Assembly (NCBI RefSeq): GCF_051132245.1 | Contig: NZ_CP081184.1 | Length of the DNA: 64,000 bases | Direction: 5' to 3' (one strand) | Source of the DNA: Riemerella anatipestifer | Lineage (GTDB): Bacteria; Bacteroidota; Bacteroidia; Flavobacteriales; Weeksellaceae | Part shown: one piece after another, positions 10,101 to 18,241 of the stretch | How the letters are laid out: each line of letters starts with the position of its first letter | Numbering within the stretch: position 1 is the first letter of the stretch | Position numbers and translations under genes: made by a program | Notes under the pieces: model-generated | The model's input: only the letters and a program-made list of their open reading frames with translations | What the model was told of the DNA's origin: nothing | The model's database searches: none

Positions 10101-10834
10101 ATACGAATAATAATCCTATAATGTTGATAGACCCAACGGGTATGGAAGCAGAAGACCCGCCAACGAAATCACAATATATAGGACAGATTTACAAAGACGA
10201 CACGGGTACTTTTGTAGGAGGAAAGGACGGTTCTTGGAATGCAACAAGAAATGACGGCTCTAAAGAAACTATAATACCAGAGGTTAACTTGACGGCGAAG
10301 TCAAAGAGTAGTCAGAATGAACAAGCTGCAAGAATGCGTTTAAGCCAAGCTATAGAGAATACTAAAGCAGGGCAATCAATGAAATCTTTAGAGAGTTTTA
10401 TGTTTTATGATATGCCAATGAATATAGCAGGAGGAGAGTTAATTTCTGCTGGTTTAAAGGCTGCAAATATCTCTACAAGAGTTGGTAATTTTTTAAGTAG
10501 ATTTACGACAGCAGAGGGTTTTATGGGAGGAGCTATAGGTTTTAGATTACCGTTTAATTTAAATGTAGGATTGTATGCATCAGAAAATACACTTACATAT
10601 GGAACTTTTAAATGGAGTACCATTGCACCTAAAGTTTTAACTAAGAATGAATGGTTTGGGAGAAATATGCTTCAAATAACTCCAGAGTTTCAGTCAACAT
10701 TAGGCAGTTGGAGTAAGCAAGTTATTCCCAAAGGAACTTATATAAAGGTGGGATTAGTAGGTCAGCAAAGAGGAAATGCTCTGGGAACTTGGGTGCAGAT
10801 TTATGCTCCAAATAGAGTCCCATTTATTAAATAA
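7160..10834 (+). CDS. 5'-truncated rhs duplicate (rhs fragment 2). Near-identical to main rhs residues ~397-1335 from nt ~7356 on. The non-homologous N-terminal 65 codons are read through repeat B1. It carries a distinct Gly-rich CT (CT-3) after DPTGMEAEDPPTKSQ
   Basis: ~2.8-kb near-identical duplication of 1264-4050. The junction (KGERSSLRYEYD) coincides with the end of repeat B1. No credible native start; likely expressed only after recombination into the main gene or from an internal start. Confidence 0.75.
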   Translation: MQVVPSKALCYSRKGWQRLPHRHKAVGSFDVGVARSKSEQPDPSSGFQHWRGIRPRKGKGRQLTDKGERSSLRYEYDEETHSHLTKITDHFGYETRTAYDYRFNAPLEVTDRNGEQLHYTIDAKGRTTHILAPKEAAAGVPYTVAYDYYPEAKVPYAKTRNYDAEHGKDIITYTYTDGLGRTLQVKKTAALFQGKNQADAERLIVSGKQVYDALGRVVESYYPTTETPSEAFSTQVSTVTPTTTAYDEKDRPILQTLPDGSTVATAYEVSETAGTKTLKTTVTDALGRVSHSATDVLGRTLKQVQPTGIETTYHYNAQGELLKVTDAEGHQTLSEYDLLGRRTQLTHPDAGITTLAYDAAGNLIRRQTAQIREQMPDAAIEYHYDHNRLQEIRYPKHPENNVRYHYGKQSESPRRRGRLWLVEDASGGTEYFYGSMGEVEKEIRSLRITPTEVHTYITEYGYDSFNRIQTMTYPDGEVLDFGYNRAGQLTTLTGKKGNYEYTYLKQQGYDEFEQKVYRQYGNGTETRYTYDPTMRRLATLNTQNTKRTFQDNRYTYDLVGNILQVENQVPIVNYALGGASLYSYSYDELNRLVTAEGTYTGDQSQASYTLNMQYNKLNGIVQKSLTHKQNGKDKGYTLDYTYNNSKHPHALSILKDTTTPKPRTYEYDGNGNPISYEGFKDFRVMVWDEENRMQGLNDNGKLHLYTYDHTGERAVKSSAESQKTVINGVSSAVIVHAENYTAYINPYFVVNKGKFTKHYFEGTSRIVSKLGEGTFHQPTGITAGGIDYIKQSAKVQEAIDSYIRGLNVPPGPPTQHGIYGTPDFTGVEYPSIDWSDISQDQEPPEGWPRPPKFNEPGDVPGPPVQYGDPVKPDNVKGGFGYVDNGIEEKNLYYYHPDHLGSSSYITDVNGDINQHTEYMAFGEVLFDEHKVSRRMPYLFNGKELDSETGLYYYGARYYDPRVSIFLNVDPLVEKTMQPYAYTNNNPIMLIDPTGMEAEDPPTKSQYIGQIYKDDTGTFVGGKDGSWNATRNDGSKETIIPEVNLTAKSKSSQNEQAARMRLSQAIENTKAGQSMKSLESFMFYDMPMNIAGGELISAGLKAANISTRVGNFLSRFTTAEGFMGGAIGFRLPFNLNVGLYASENTLTYGTFKWSTIAPKVLTKNEWFGRNMLQITPEFQSTLGSWSKQVIPKGTYIKVGLVGQQRGNALGTWVQIYAPNRVPFIK
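7195..7323 (+). repeat. GC-rich structured repeat family B, copy 1 (GCGTAAGGGATGGCAGCGG...GTGGCGAGGAGTAAAAGCGAACAGCCCGACCCGAG...TTGGCGGGGGATACGCCC)
   Basis: Copies at 25941-26067 (+) and 45101-45213 (-). An internal hairpin covaries between copies (ACCCCAC/GTGGGGT vs CCACAGC/GCTGTGG vs GCTAC/GTAGC). Confidence 0.7.
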
Positions 10835-10851
10835 ATGATAATAAAATTAAA

Positions 10852-11214
10852 ATGGCACGAATAGAGTTTAAAAATTTAGATCAAATTATTAACATGGGTG
10901 GACCATGGGTTGGCGATTTATATATTGATGGTATTAAGATAGAAACAAATATTATTGAATGTAATTATATTGATAAAATAGATTTTTTCTATTTTGTTAA
11001 GTTTTTCGAAACTTCTAGAAAACAAAATGATAATTTTTTTTTAGTCTTGAAAATAGATAAGAATAATTTAAAGATTGAAATGTCTAAAGAAAAATTTGAT
11101 AAAATATATATAGTGGATGTTAAGGATAATAATATGTATTATACAATGGGGTTTCATAAGAATCTAAAGGTAGTAAGTAAGATCTTGACATGGGAAGATT
11201 ATGGAAAAGTATAG
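10852..11214 (+). CDS. Candidate immunity protein for CT-3
   Basis: AT-rich 120-aa ORF 18 bp after the rhs fragment stop. Confidence 0.4.
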   Translation: MARIEFKNLDQIINMGGPWVGDLYIDGIKIETNIIECNYIDKIDFFYFVKFFETSRKQNDNFFLVLKIDKNNLKIEMSKEKFDKIYIVDVKDNNMYYTMGFHKNLKVVSKILTWEDYGKV

Positions 11215-11254
11215 CCGATACATATTGTTAATAATATAAATAAGGAACTAAAAT

Positions 11255-11620
11255 TTGGCTTTATTAAACCTATTCCTTAAAACAATGAAAGATATATTGC
11301 AAAAAAAAATATTTGATATAGCGTATAGAGCTAATGTTCCAATTGATTTATTACCGAGTATAAATATTTCTAATGATTATGCTAAACCTTATATTGAAAT
11401 ACAGGATAATTATTATTATTATGTAATTAGAGAAAGAGGAGAAGAATATGAAAGAACTTTGTACTTTGATATTAAAAAACTATTATATAGGGTTTTTGAT
11501 GATATTTCGTTTGATATGGCTAAGATGATAAATTTTAATAGTGAAAGTGGAGAATATGTATTTTATCTATTAGAAAAAAAGAAAGAAATATTTAATAATA
11601 TGAAGTCATTAATAGGATAA
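11255..11620 (+). CDS. Hypothetical small protein (second candidate immunity/orphan immunity gene)
   Basis: AT-rich ORF in toxin-immunity context. Confidence 0.3.
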   Translation: MALLNLFLKTMKDILQKKIFDIAYRANVPIDLLPSINISNDYAKPYIEIQDNYYYYVIRERGEEYERTLYFDIKKLLYRVFDDISFDMAKMINFNSESGEYVFYLLEKKKEIFNNMKSLIG

Positions 11621-11727
11621 GTGTGTATGTTAAAATTAATTAATATCAAAACAAAAAATCTCACTTTCTTGTATATTTTACAAAAAATAAATATTTTAGT
11701 GAAGTTTAATATTAAAACAAATAAATC

Positions 11728-12285
11728 ATGGCAAAAAGTAAAAATAATGTAATTACCCACGGTTTAAGTGGTAAAGTAGGAGACTTATTGGTATTTAGCC
11801 AAAGAAATGGTAAAACTATAGTATCAAAAGTACCCAAAAAAAGTAATAAGGTAACAGACAAGCAGAAAGAACAAAGGGTCAGATTCCAAGAGGCAGTGTT
11901 ATATACAAAATCAATATCTCAAAAGCCAGACTTGCAAAAATTGTACGAAGAAGAAGCCAAAAGTAAAGGACTAAGTATCAATAATGTTGCAGTAGCAGAC
12001 TTTTTAAAAGCCCCTCAAATAGAAGAAATAGACCTTTCTCATTATACAGGTAAAAAAGGGGAGCCTATTAAAATCAAGGCTTTTGATGATTTTAAAGTAA
12101 AAAAAGTAACTGTAAGAATAGAAAATTCAGACAGTACCTTAGTAGAAGAGGGGGAAGCAGTAGAAGAAGGTTTATATTGGGTTTATACAACCACCTCTAA
12201 TAATGCAGAATTATCGGGCGATAAAATCACAATTAGAGCATATGATTTTTCGGACAATATGACAGAAAAAGAAGAAGGGATATAA
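11728..12285 (+). CDS. Hypothetical protein (185 aa, Lys/Glu-rich)
   Basis: Clean ORF ending in the hairpin GGGATATAAGTATCCC; no recognisable family. Confidence 0.35.
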   Translation: MAKSKNNVITHGLSGKVGDLLVFSQRNGKTIVSKVPKKSNKVTDKQKEQRVRFQEAVLYTKSISQKPDLQKLYEEEAKSKGLSINNVAVADFLKAPQIEEIDLSHYTGKKGEPIKIKAFDDFKVKKVTVRIENSDSTLVEEGEAVEEGLYWVYTTTSNNAELSGDKITIRAYDFSDNMTEKEEGI

Positions 12286-12289
12286 GTAT

Positions 12290-12366
12290 CCCTCTCGGAG
12301 TTCTCTCGAACACATCTCGAACCTACTCCGAAGCGATACGCAAAAAAAATAGGCTGTCAATATGGC
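12290..12366 (+). repeat. Variant-B cassette leader segment (CGGAGTTCTCTCGAACACATCTCGAACCTACTCCGAAGCGATACGCA)
   Basis: Matches the variant-B leader of the 19320 cassette; precedes rhs fragment 3. Confidence 0.6.
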
Positions 12367-12450
12367 AGTAGAGCAGCAGAATTTTGAAATAGCACGAGGA
12401 AAAGGAGTATATCTTACGGCACCGAAACCCGTTATACTTACGACCCTACA

Positions 12451-14532
12451 ATGAGGCGTTTGGCAACGCTCAACACCCAAAATACCAAACGAACCTTCCA
12501 AGACAACCGCTATACTTACGATTTAGTGGGGAACATCTTGCAGGTGGAGAACCAAGTCCCAATCGTGAACTACGCTTTGGGTGGAGCAAGTAACTATCAA
12601 TACCAATACGACGAACTTAACCGTCTAATAAGAGCGACAGGAACTTATACAGGCGAGGCAACTTCTGCGGAGTACCAGCTCCAAATGCAGTACAATAAGC
12701 TCAACGGTATTGTTCAAAAATCCTTAACCCATAAGCAAAACGGTAAGGATAAAGGTTATACATTAGATTATACCTATAACAACCCTAAACACCCTCACGC
12801 TTTAAGTATCTTAAAAGATACTACCACGCCTAAACCTCGCACTTACGAGTACGATGGCAATGGTAATCCTATCTCTTACGAAGGCTTTAAGGATTTTAGA
12901 GTAATGGTATGGGACGAGGAGAATCGTTTGCAAGGATTAAATGATAACGGTAAGTTGCATTTATATACTTACGACCACACAGGCGAGAGAGCCGTAAAGA
13001 GCAGTGCAGAGAGCCAAAAAACGGTGATTAACGGCGTAAGTTCCGCCGTCATCGTTCACGCGGAGAATTATACGGCTTATGTTAATCCTTATTTTGTAGT
13101 TAATAAGGGTAAGTTTACTAAGCATTATTTTGAAGGTACAAGCCGTATTGTGTCAAAATTGGGAGAGGGAACATTTCATCAGCCAAGTGGACTAATGGCA
13201 GGCGGTATAGACTACATTAAACAAAGTGCGAAAATACAGGAAGCCATAGACCAATATATCAAAGGATTAAACATTCCGCCAGGTCCTCCTACTCAACACG
13301 GCATTTATGGAACGCCTGATTTTACTGGCGTAGAATATCCGTCGATTGACTGGAGTGATATATCCCAAGACCAAGAGCCGCCCGAAGGGTGGCCACGCCC
13401 ACCTAAGTTTAACGAGCCGGGCGATGTACCGGGTCCGCCAGTGCAATATGGCGACCCAGTGAAACCAGAAACGGTAGAGGGTGGTTTTGGATTTAAGGAT
13501 AATGGCGTGGAGGAAAAGAATTTATACTACTATCACCCTGACCACCTCGGCAGTAGCAGTTATATTACAGATGCTAATGGCGATGTAAACCAACATACGG
13601 AATATATGGCGTTTGGAGAAGTGTTATTTGACGAGCATAAAGTGAGCAGAAGAATGCCTTATTTGTTTAATGGAAAGGAGCTGGATAGTGAGACGGGATT
13701 GTATTATTACGGTGCGAGATATTATGATGCGAGAGTAAGTTTGTGGCTCGGTACAGACCCATTGAGTGGGTATAACCCAATAATGGAAACAGAGCATTAT
13801 ATAGATGGTCAGCATAACGGAGGAGTATTTAACCCAATGAATGGAGCGACTTACTCTTATACATATCAAAATCCTGTGGTGTTTATAGATCCTAATGGAA
13901 AACAAACCTATTCTTCAACTATCATTGGTACTATTTTAAAACCATATAATTCAGATTATTACAGATTTAGAGAAAGTGCTGCATACCTTTTAAGTAAAAC
14001 ATCAGGTGTGAGTTTTGAAAAAATAAAAGCAGGTAGAATAATTAAGAGTAATCCCGAAGTATTTAATATCCCTTTTTATAGTTCAGGCTCAATAACACTT
14101 CCTTTAGGTGGTAAGAAAAACATTATTTCAACAAAAAACTTTTTTAAGAGCGGTTATAATAGATTGATAGGATATTTGGAGCATATGGCACATGAAGTTA
14201 AACACTTTGATCATATAGATGCTCATAATGCAGATTTAGAAAAATATATTACTGAATTTTCAAAACAGTATATTAAAGCTGGTTCACATGATGGAGCAAA
14301 GTATGAAAGACAAGCTGATTTTGGAGAGTATGTAATGGGAGGATTTGTAGATTTTACTGATAGGTATTATGGTAAAAATGAATTAGCGAAAATATTTGAA
14401 AATAAATCCAATACAGAAAAAGATGTTATGGGAAGAATAGATCAATGGTGGGGAAATTTTCAAAAATCTCCTGAGTATAAAAAAGCATTAGTTGATTATT
14501 ATAAAGAAAGAGTTGATAAAAGTGAAAAATAA
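12451..14532 (+). CDS. 5'-truncated rhs duplicate (rhs fragment 3). Homologous to main rhs from residue ~853 (GTETRYTYDPTMRRLATLN; homology from nt ~12419). Its CT (CT-4) contains an HEVKH (HExxH-like) motif
   Basis: Near-identical to 2633-4000 of the main gene. The RHS core ends DARVSLWLGTDPL, then a divergent pre-toxin segment and a ~260-aa CT with LEHMAHEVKHFDH. Confidence 0.75.
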   Translation: MRRLATLNTQNTKRTFQDNRYTYDLVGNILQVENQVPIVNYALGGASNYQYQYDELNRLIRATGTYTGEATSAEYQLQMQYNKLNGIVQKSLTHKQNGKDKGYTLDYTYNNPKHPHALSILKDTTTPKPRTYEYDGNGNPISYEGFKDFRVMVWDEENRLQGLNDNGKLHLYTYDHTGERAVKSSAESQKTVINGVSSAVIVHAENYTAYVNPYFVVNKGKFTKHYFEGTSRIVSKLGEGTFHQPSGLMAGGIDYIKQSAKIQEAIDQYIKGLNIPPGPPTQHGIYGTPDFTGVEYPSIDWSDISQDQEPPEGWPRPPKFNEPGDVPGPPVQYGDPVKPETVEGGFGFKDNGVEEKNLYYYHPDHLGSSSYITDANGDVNQHTEYMAFGEVLFDEHKVSRRMPYLFNGKELDSETGLYYYGARYYDARVSLWLGTDPLSGYNPIMETEHYIDGQHNGGVFNPMNGATYSYTYQNPVVFIDPNGKQTYSSTIIGTILKPYNSDYYRFRESAAYLLSKTSGVSFEKIKAGRIIKSNPEVFNIPFYSSGSITLPLGGKKNIISTKNFFKSGYNRLIGYLEHMAHEVKHFDHIDAHNADLEKYITEFSKQYIKAGSHDGAKYERQADFGEYVMGGFVDFTDRYYGKNELAKIFENKSNTEKDVMGRIDQWWGNFQKSPEYKKALVDYYKERVDKSEK

Positions 14533-14911
14533 ATATTTTTATATTGTGATCTTTCTGTGCTATTTTTCATGTAGCACAGATTATAGGGTAGTGTTAGATG
14601 GTCAGAGTAATTCAATTATTATACAACCAGATATAAGCTATAATAAAACGATAAATTTATCAGTTTTTGATATGGAAAATCATTTTGAAAATGAGTTTAA
14701 AATAAAAAAAGTAGATAACTCATCAAAAAATGTTATATCTTTCAATAAAGATATTAGTAGTCAATATAGTATAGAGGATAGTAATGGGAAAAGTATTAAA
14801 CGAATAGATTTATATCCTAATCGTCAATACTTTTTGAGTTCTGTAAATTCAGATGTAGTCTTAGAAGTGGAATTTAAAACTAATAGCAAGGGAGATATAG
14901 TGAAGAAATAG
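14492..14911 (+). CDS. Candidate immunity protein for CT-4 (lipoprotein-like; true start probably the GTG at 14519)
   Basis: Overlaps the toxin stop; signal peptide with FSCS; followed immediately by the boundary motif. Confidence 0.4.
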   Translation: MIIIKKELIKVKNKYFYIVIFLCYFSCSTDYRVVLDGQSNSIIIQPDISYNKTINLSVFDMENHFENEFKIKKVDNSSKNVISFNKDISSQYSIEDSNGKSIKRIDLYPNRQYFLSSVNSDVVLEVEFKTNSKGDIVKK

Positions 14912-14935
14912 GGTCGTGCATCAGAGTTAGTGATG
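14912..14935 (+). repeat. Cassette-boundary motif (GGTCGTGCATCAGAGTTAGTGATG)
   Basis: Starts 1 nt after the immunity stop. Confidence 0.8.
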
Positions 14936-14944
14936 CTAAAATAA

Positions 14945-15078
14945 ACTAAAAAATGTACTGTCAAACTGTCATAAAAACGAAAAGTGCGTTTCGGGGTTTC
15001 GTCGGACCTACGACGGAGACACGACGGAGCGATGACGGAGCGGTACGCAATAAAAAAAGACTGCCAAAATGGCAAAAA
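14945..15078 (+). repeat. Conserved cassette leader, variant A (ATGTACTGTCAAACTGTCATAAAAA...GTTTCGGGGTTTCGTCGGACCTACGACGGAGACACGACGGAGCGATGACGGAGCGGTACGCAATAAAAAAAGACTGCCAAAATGGCAAAAAGG). In-frame ATG at 14953
   Basis: Near-identical copies at 16745-16878 and 21325-21458; variant B at 19312-19448. Contains 3x ACGACGGAG-like direct repeats and the hairpin TGCCAAAATGGCA. Confidence 0.8.
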
Positions 15079-16491
15079 GGCAAGTTTACAAAACATTATT
15101 TTGAAGGTACAAGCCGTATTGTGTCAAAATTGGGAGAGGGAACATTTCATCAGCCAACAGGTCTAACCGCTGGCGGGATAGATTATATCAAGCAGTCAGC
15201 TAAGGTACAAGAGGCAATTGATAGTTATATTAGAGGTCTGAATGTACCACCGGGACCACCAACCCAGCACGGTATATATGGTACACCTGACTTTACAGGA
15301 CAAGAGTACCCAAGTATAGATTGGTCAGACATTAGCCAAGACCAAGAGCCACCAGAGGGTTGGCCACGCCCGCCGAAGTTTAACGAACCGGGTGATGTTC
15401 CGGGACCTCCGGTACAGTATGGCGACCCAGTGAAACCCGATAATGTGAAAGGTGGGTTTGGTTATGTGGATAATGGGATAGAAGAGAAAAACTTGTATTT
15501 CTATCACCCCGACCATTTAGGAAGTTCTTCGTATATCACGGATAAGGACGGTAATATCAATCAGCATACCGAATATATGGCATTTGGTGAGGTATTGTTT
15601 GATGAGCACAAAGTGAGTAGGAGAATGCCATACTTATTTAATGGTAAAGAATTAGACTCTGAAACGGGGTTGTATTATTATGGAGCGAGGTATTATGATC
15701 CAAGAGTGTCTATATTCTTAAATGTAGACCCGTTAGCGGAGAAAGCACCAAATTGGACACCATATCGTTATGGTTTTAATAATCCGATAAAATATACTGA
15801 CCCTACAGGACTTTTTGAAACTAAGTTTGGTGCTTGGTGGCATCGATTATGGAATGGAGGAGGTCATAGTAGTAGTATCAAGTATAATGAAAAAAATAAA
15901 GAATATTATTATAATAGACTTAATAATTCTACAGGAAATGAAATTAACTTTTCTGCTGTATATGGTGGAAAATCAAAAATTTCAATCAAGAATACTGCTG
16001 GATATGAATTTAAGGGAAGCGTTGAATTAGGACTTTTAAAGGTAAGAGATAAAGGAACAACAGGATATGAAATTAAAGGACCAACAATTACTTTAGGTGA
16101 GTTATCTATTGGTAAAAGTACTTCGGGTGATAAATTTTTGAAGGCGTATAATCCTTTCTATGAGTTGGGAATGGGAAGAAGGTTAAAAGGCGGTTTGGGC
16201 GGAGTAAAACTTGAAACGAAATATGGAGATTTTAAAGCATTCCGAAGATGGGAACTCCCAACAGTTTGGTTTCATATTGACCATAATGAAATAAATAATG
16301 TAGCTTCATATATGGAGTACAAAGATGAAGTAGGTATAGGTAAACCATGGTTAGAGTTTAAGGTAGAAAGAAGTAATCGGGGCATAATATTGAGATGTGG
16401 AATTCAAGAAGATTGGGGAATATCTATCAACAATGTGCTTGGTATAAAAGGTGAGTTTAGATATCAAGGTATAACAGAAATATCCTACTAA
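14953..16491 (+). CDS. Orphan rhs C-terminal cassette 4. Leader peptide MYCQTVIK... is fused in frame to the RHS core tail from GKFTKHYFEG (nt ~15079). CT-5 (~260 aa) is unclassified
   Basis: Homology to main rhs residues ~1080-1320, then a divergent CT after DPLAEKAPNWTPYRYGFNNPIKYTDPTG. Confidence 0.7.
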   Translation: MYCQTVIKTKSAFRGFVGPTTETRRSDDGAVRNKKRLPKWQKGKFTKHYFEGTSRIVSKLGEGTFHQPTGLTAGGIDYIKQSAKVQEAIDSYIRGLNVPPGPPTQHGIYGTPDFTGQEYPSIDWSDISQDQEPPEGWPRPPKFNEPGDVPGPPVQYGDPVKPDNVKGGFGYVDNGIEEKNLYFYHPDHLGSSSYITDKDGNINQHTEYMAFGEVLFDEHKVSRRMPYLFNGKELDSETGLYYYGARYYDPRVSIFLNVDPLAEKAPNWTPYRYGFNNPIKYTDPTGLFETKFGAWWHRLWNGGGHSSSIKYNEKNKEYYYNRLNNSTGNEINFSAVYGGKSKISIKNTAGYEFKGSVELGLLKVRDKGTTGYEIKGPTITLGELSIGKSTSGDKFLKAYNPFYELGMGRRLKGGLGGVKLETKYGDFKAFRRWELPTVWFHIDHNEINNVASYMEYKDEVGIGKPWLEFKVERSNRGIILRCGIQEDWGISINNVLGIKGEFRYQGITEISY

Positions 16492-16493
16492 AT

Positions 16494-16709
16494 ATGATTA
16501 TAGTAAAAACAATTATAATTACGGTTATTGTTATTTTATTTGGAATAATCTTCTATAATATGGTAATATATGATAAGATAATAGATAAAGAATTGAGTGG
16601 AAAGGAACTTGATGCTTTAGAAAGAAAGAAAGTTTATAAATTAAAAATTTACTTTTTTTTGATGTTTGTGTTTATAGTTTTAGAATTTCTTATAGAAGGA
16701 ATAGGATAA
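16494..16709 (+). CDS. Candidate immunity protein for CT-5 (71 aa, two TM helices)
   Basis: Starts 3 nt after the toxin stop; followed by a degenerate boundary motif at 16712. Confidence 0.4.
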   Translation: MIIVKTIIITVIVILFGIIFYNMVIYDKIIDKELSGKELDALERKKVYKLKIYFFLMFVFIVLEFLIEGIG

Positions 16710-16744
16710 TAGGTCGTATATCAAACTATGTAATAATAAAATAA

Positions 16745-16878
16745 GCTAAAAAATGCACTGTCAAACTGTCATAAAAAGGAGAAATGCGTTTCGGGGTTTC
16801 GTCGGATCTACGACGGAGACACGACGGAGCGATGACGGAGCGGTACGCAATAAAAAAAGACTGCCAAAATGGCAAAAT
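16745..16878 (+). repeat. Conserved cassette leader, variant A (copy 2)
   Basis: See 14945-15078. Confidence 0.8.
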
Positions 16879-18240
16879 AACAAGTTTACCAAGCATTACT
16901 TTGAAGGTACAAGCCGTATTGTTTCTAAGTTAGGGGAAGGTACATTTCATCAACCGTCTGGTATAAATGCAGGAGGAATTGATTATGTGAAACAATCCGC
17001 AAAAGTGCAGGAAGCCATAGACCAATACATCAAAGGATTAAACATTCCGCCAGGTCCGCCAACGCAACACGGCATATACGGCACACCTGACTTTACAGGA
17101 CAAGAGTACCCAAGTATAGATTGGTCAGACATTAGCCAAGACCAAGAGCCACCAGAGGGTTGGCCAAGACCGCCGAAGTTTAACGAGCCGGGCGATGTGC
17201 CGGGTCCGCCAGTACAGTATGGCGACCCCGTGAAACCCGATAATGTGAAAGGTGGGTTTGGTTATGTAGATAATGGGATAGAGGAGAAAAACTTGTATTT
17301 CTATCACCCTGACCATTTGGGTTCAAGTTCATACATTACAGACGCTAATGGCGATGTAAACCAACATACCGAATATATGGCGTTTGGGGAAGTGTTATTT
17401 GACGAACACAAGGTAAGCCGACGAATGCCGTATCTTTTCAATGGTAAGGAACTGGATAGCGAGACGGGGTTATACTACTACGGTGCGAGGTACTACGACC
17501 CAAAAACAAGTATTTGGCTGAATGTAGACCCTTTGGCGGAGAAAACAATGCAACCGTATGCCTATACGAATAATAACCCTATAATGCTGATAGATCCTGA
17601 TGGACAAGAACCTACGCCTTTTTATATAAAACTATTAGGGCATATAGGATATTATGCTTGGAGGGATAGAGATTTTAGGAGACAAAATCCAGGTAAAACA
17701 GCTCCTGATTATTATATGGAATATGGTCATAAATACATAAATAGGTTCACTAATGAAACTAGCAAAACTATGTCACGTTCGGGTAAGATTTGGTTACGAG
17801 AGGCTCGTAAAAACTTACAAGTAGCGATTGAAGATAGATTAGCTAAACCTGATGGTGCTGATTTAGAAAGAGATAATGATAAATTTAGAAGTTTTGCTTT
17901 TGATTCCCATATCAGTGCGTATTGGAATGAGACAGGAAAAGTACCATTATACACATTAGGTGCTGTGGATTTAACAAAAATATTGTTAACACCAGATGTT
18001 AAAGACTTAGTTAGTTCTGATGGATTACGTCAAGTAAAAGGCATGATAGGTAAATTTATAGTTGAAAAACCAGAAGAATTGAAGCGCATTTTAGGTGATG
18101 CTTACGATAATAAGGGGGAAATTATGAATTTGATAGAGAATAAAGCAAAAAAAGAGGGTGTAAGCATAAACAAAATTAAAAATGCTTTAAGTCCATTACT
18201 GATGCTTATTCCAAGTAAAGAACAAAATAAAACAGAATGA
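16753..18240 (+). CDS. Orphan rhs C-terminal cassette 5; CT-6 (~210 aa after DPDGQEP) is unclassified
   Basis: Same leader plus RHS tail architecture; distinct CT. Confidence 0.7.
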   Translation: MHCQTVIKRRNAFRGFVGSTTETRRSDDGAVRNKKRLPKWQNNKFTKHYFEGTSRIVSKLGEGTFHQPSGINAGGIDYVKQSAKVQEAIDQYIKGLNIPPGPPTQHGIYGTPDFTGQEYPSIDWSDISQDQEPPEGWPRPPKFNEPGDVPGPPVQYGDPVKPDNVKGGFGYVDNGIEEKNLYFYHPDHLGSSSYITDANGDVNQHTEYMAFGEVLFDEHKVSRRMPYLFNGKELDSETGLYYYGARYYDPKTSIWLNVDPLAEKTMQPYAYTNNNPIMLIDPDGQEPTPFYIKLLGHIGYYAWRDRDFRRQNPGKTAPDYYMEYGHKYINRFTNETSKTMSRSGKIWLREARKNLQVAIEDRLAKPDGADLERDNDKFRSFAFDSHISAYWNETGKVPLYTLGAVDLTKILLTPDVKDLVSSDGLRQVKGMIGKFIVEKPEELKRILGDAYDNKGEIMNLIENKAKKEGVSINKIKNALSPLLMLIPSKEQNKTE

Positions 18241-18241
18241 T

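Noticed and set aside
12211-12501. ORF 12211..12501 (-) spanning the leader and the start of rhs fragment 3
   Set aside because: It overlaps the conserved leader and the rhs coding frame on the opposite strand and has no support.
14953-15078. Treating the MYCQTVIK... leader as a proven protein N-terminus
   Set aside because: The region is conserved almost perfectly at the nucleotide level, including synonymous positions, and exists in two variants with different peptide sequence. This fits a nucleic-acid-level element at least as well as a coding one. I report it as a leader with an in-frame ATG, not as an established signal or leader peptide.
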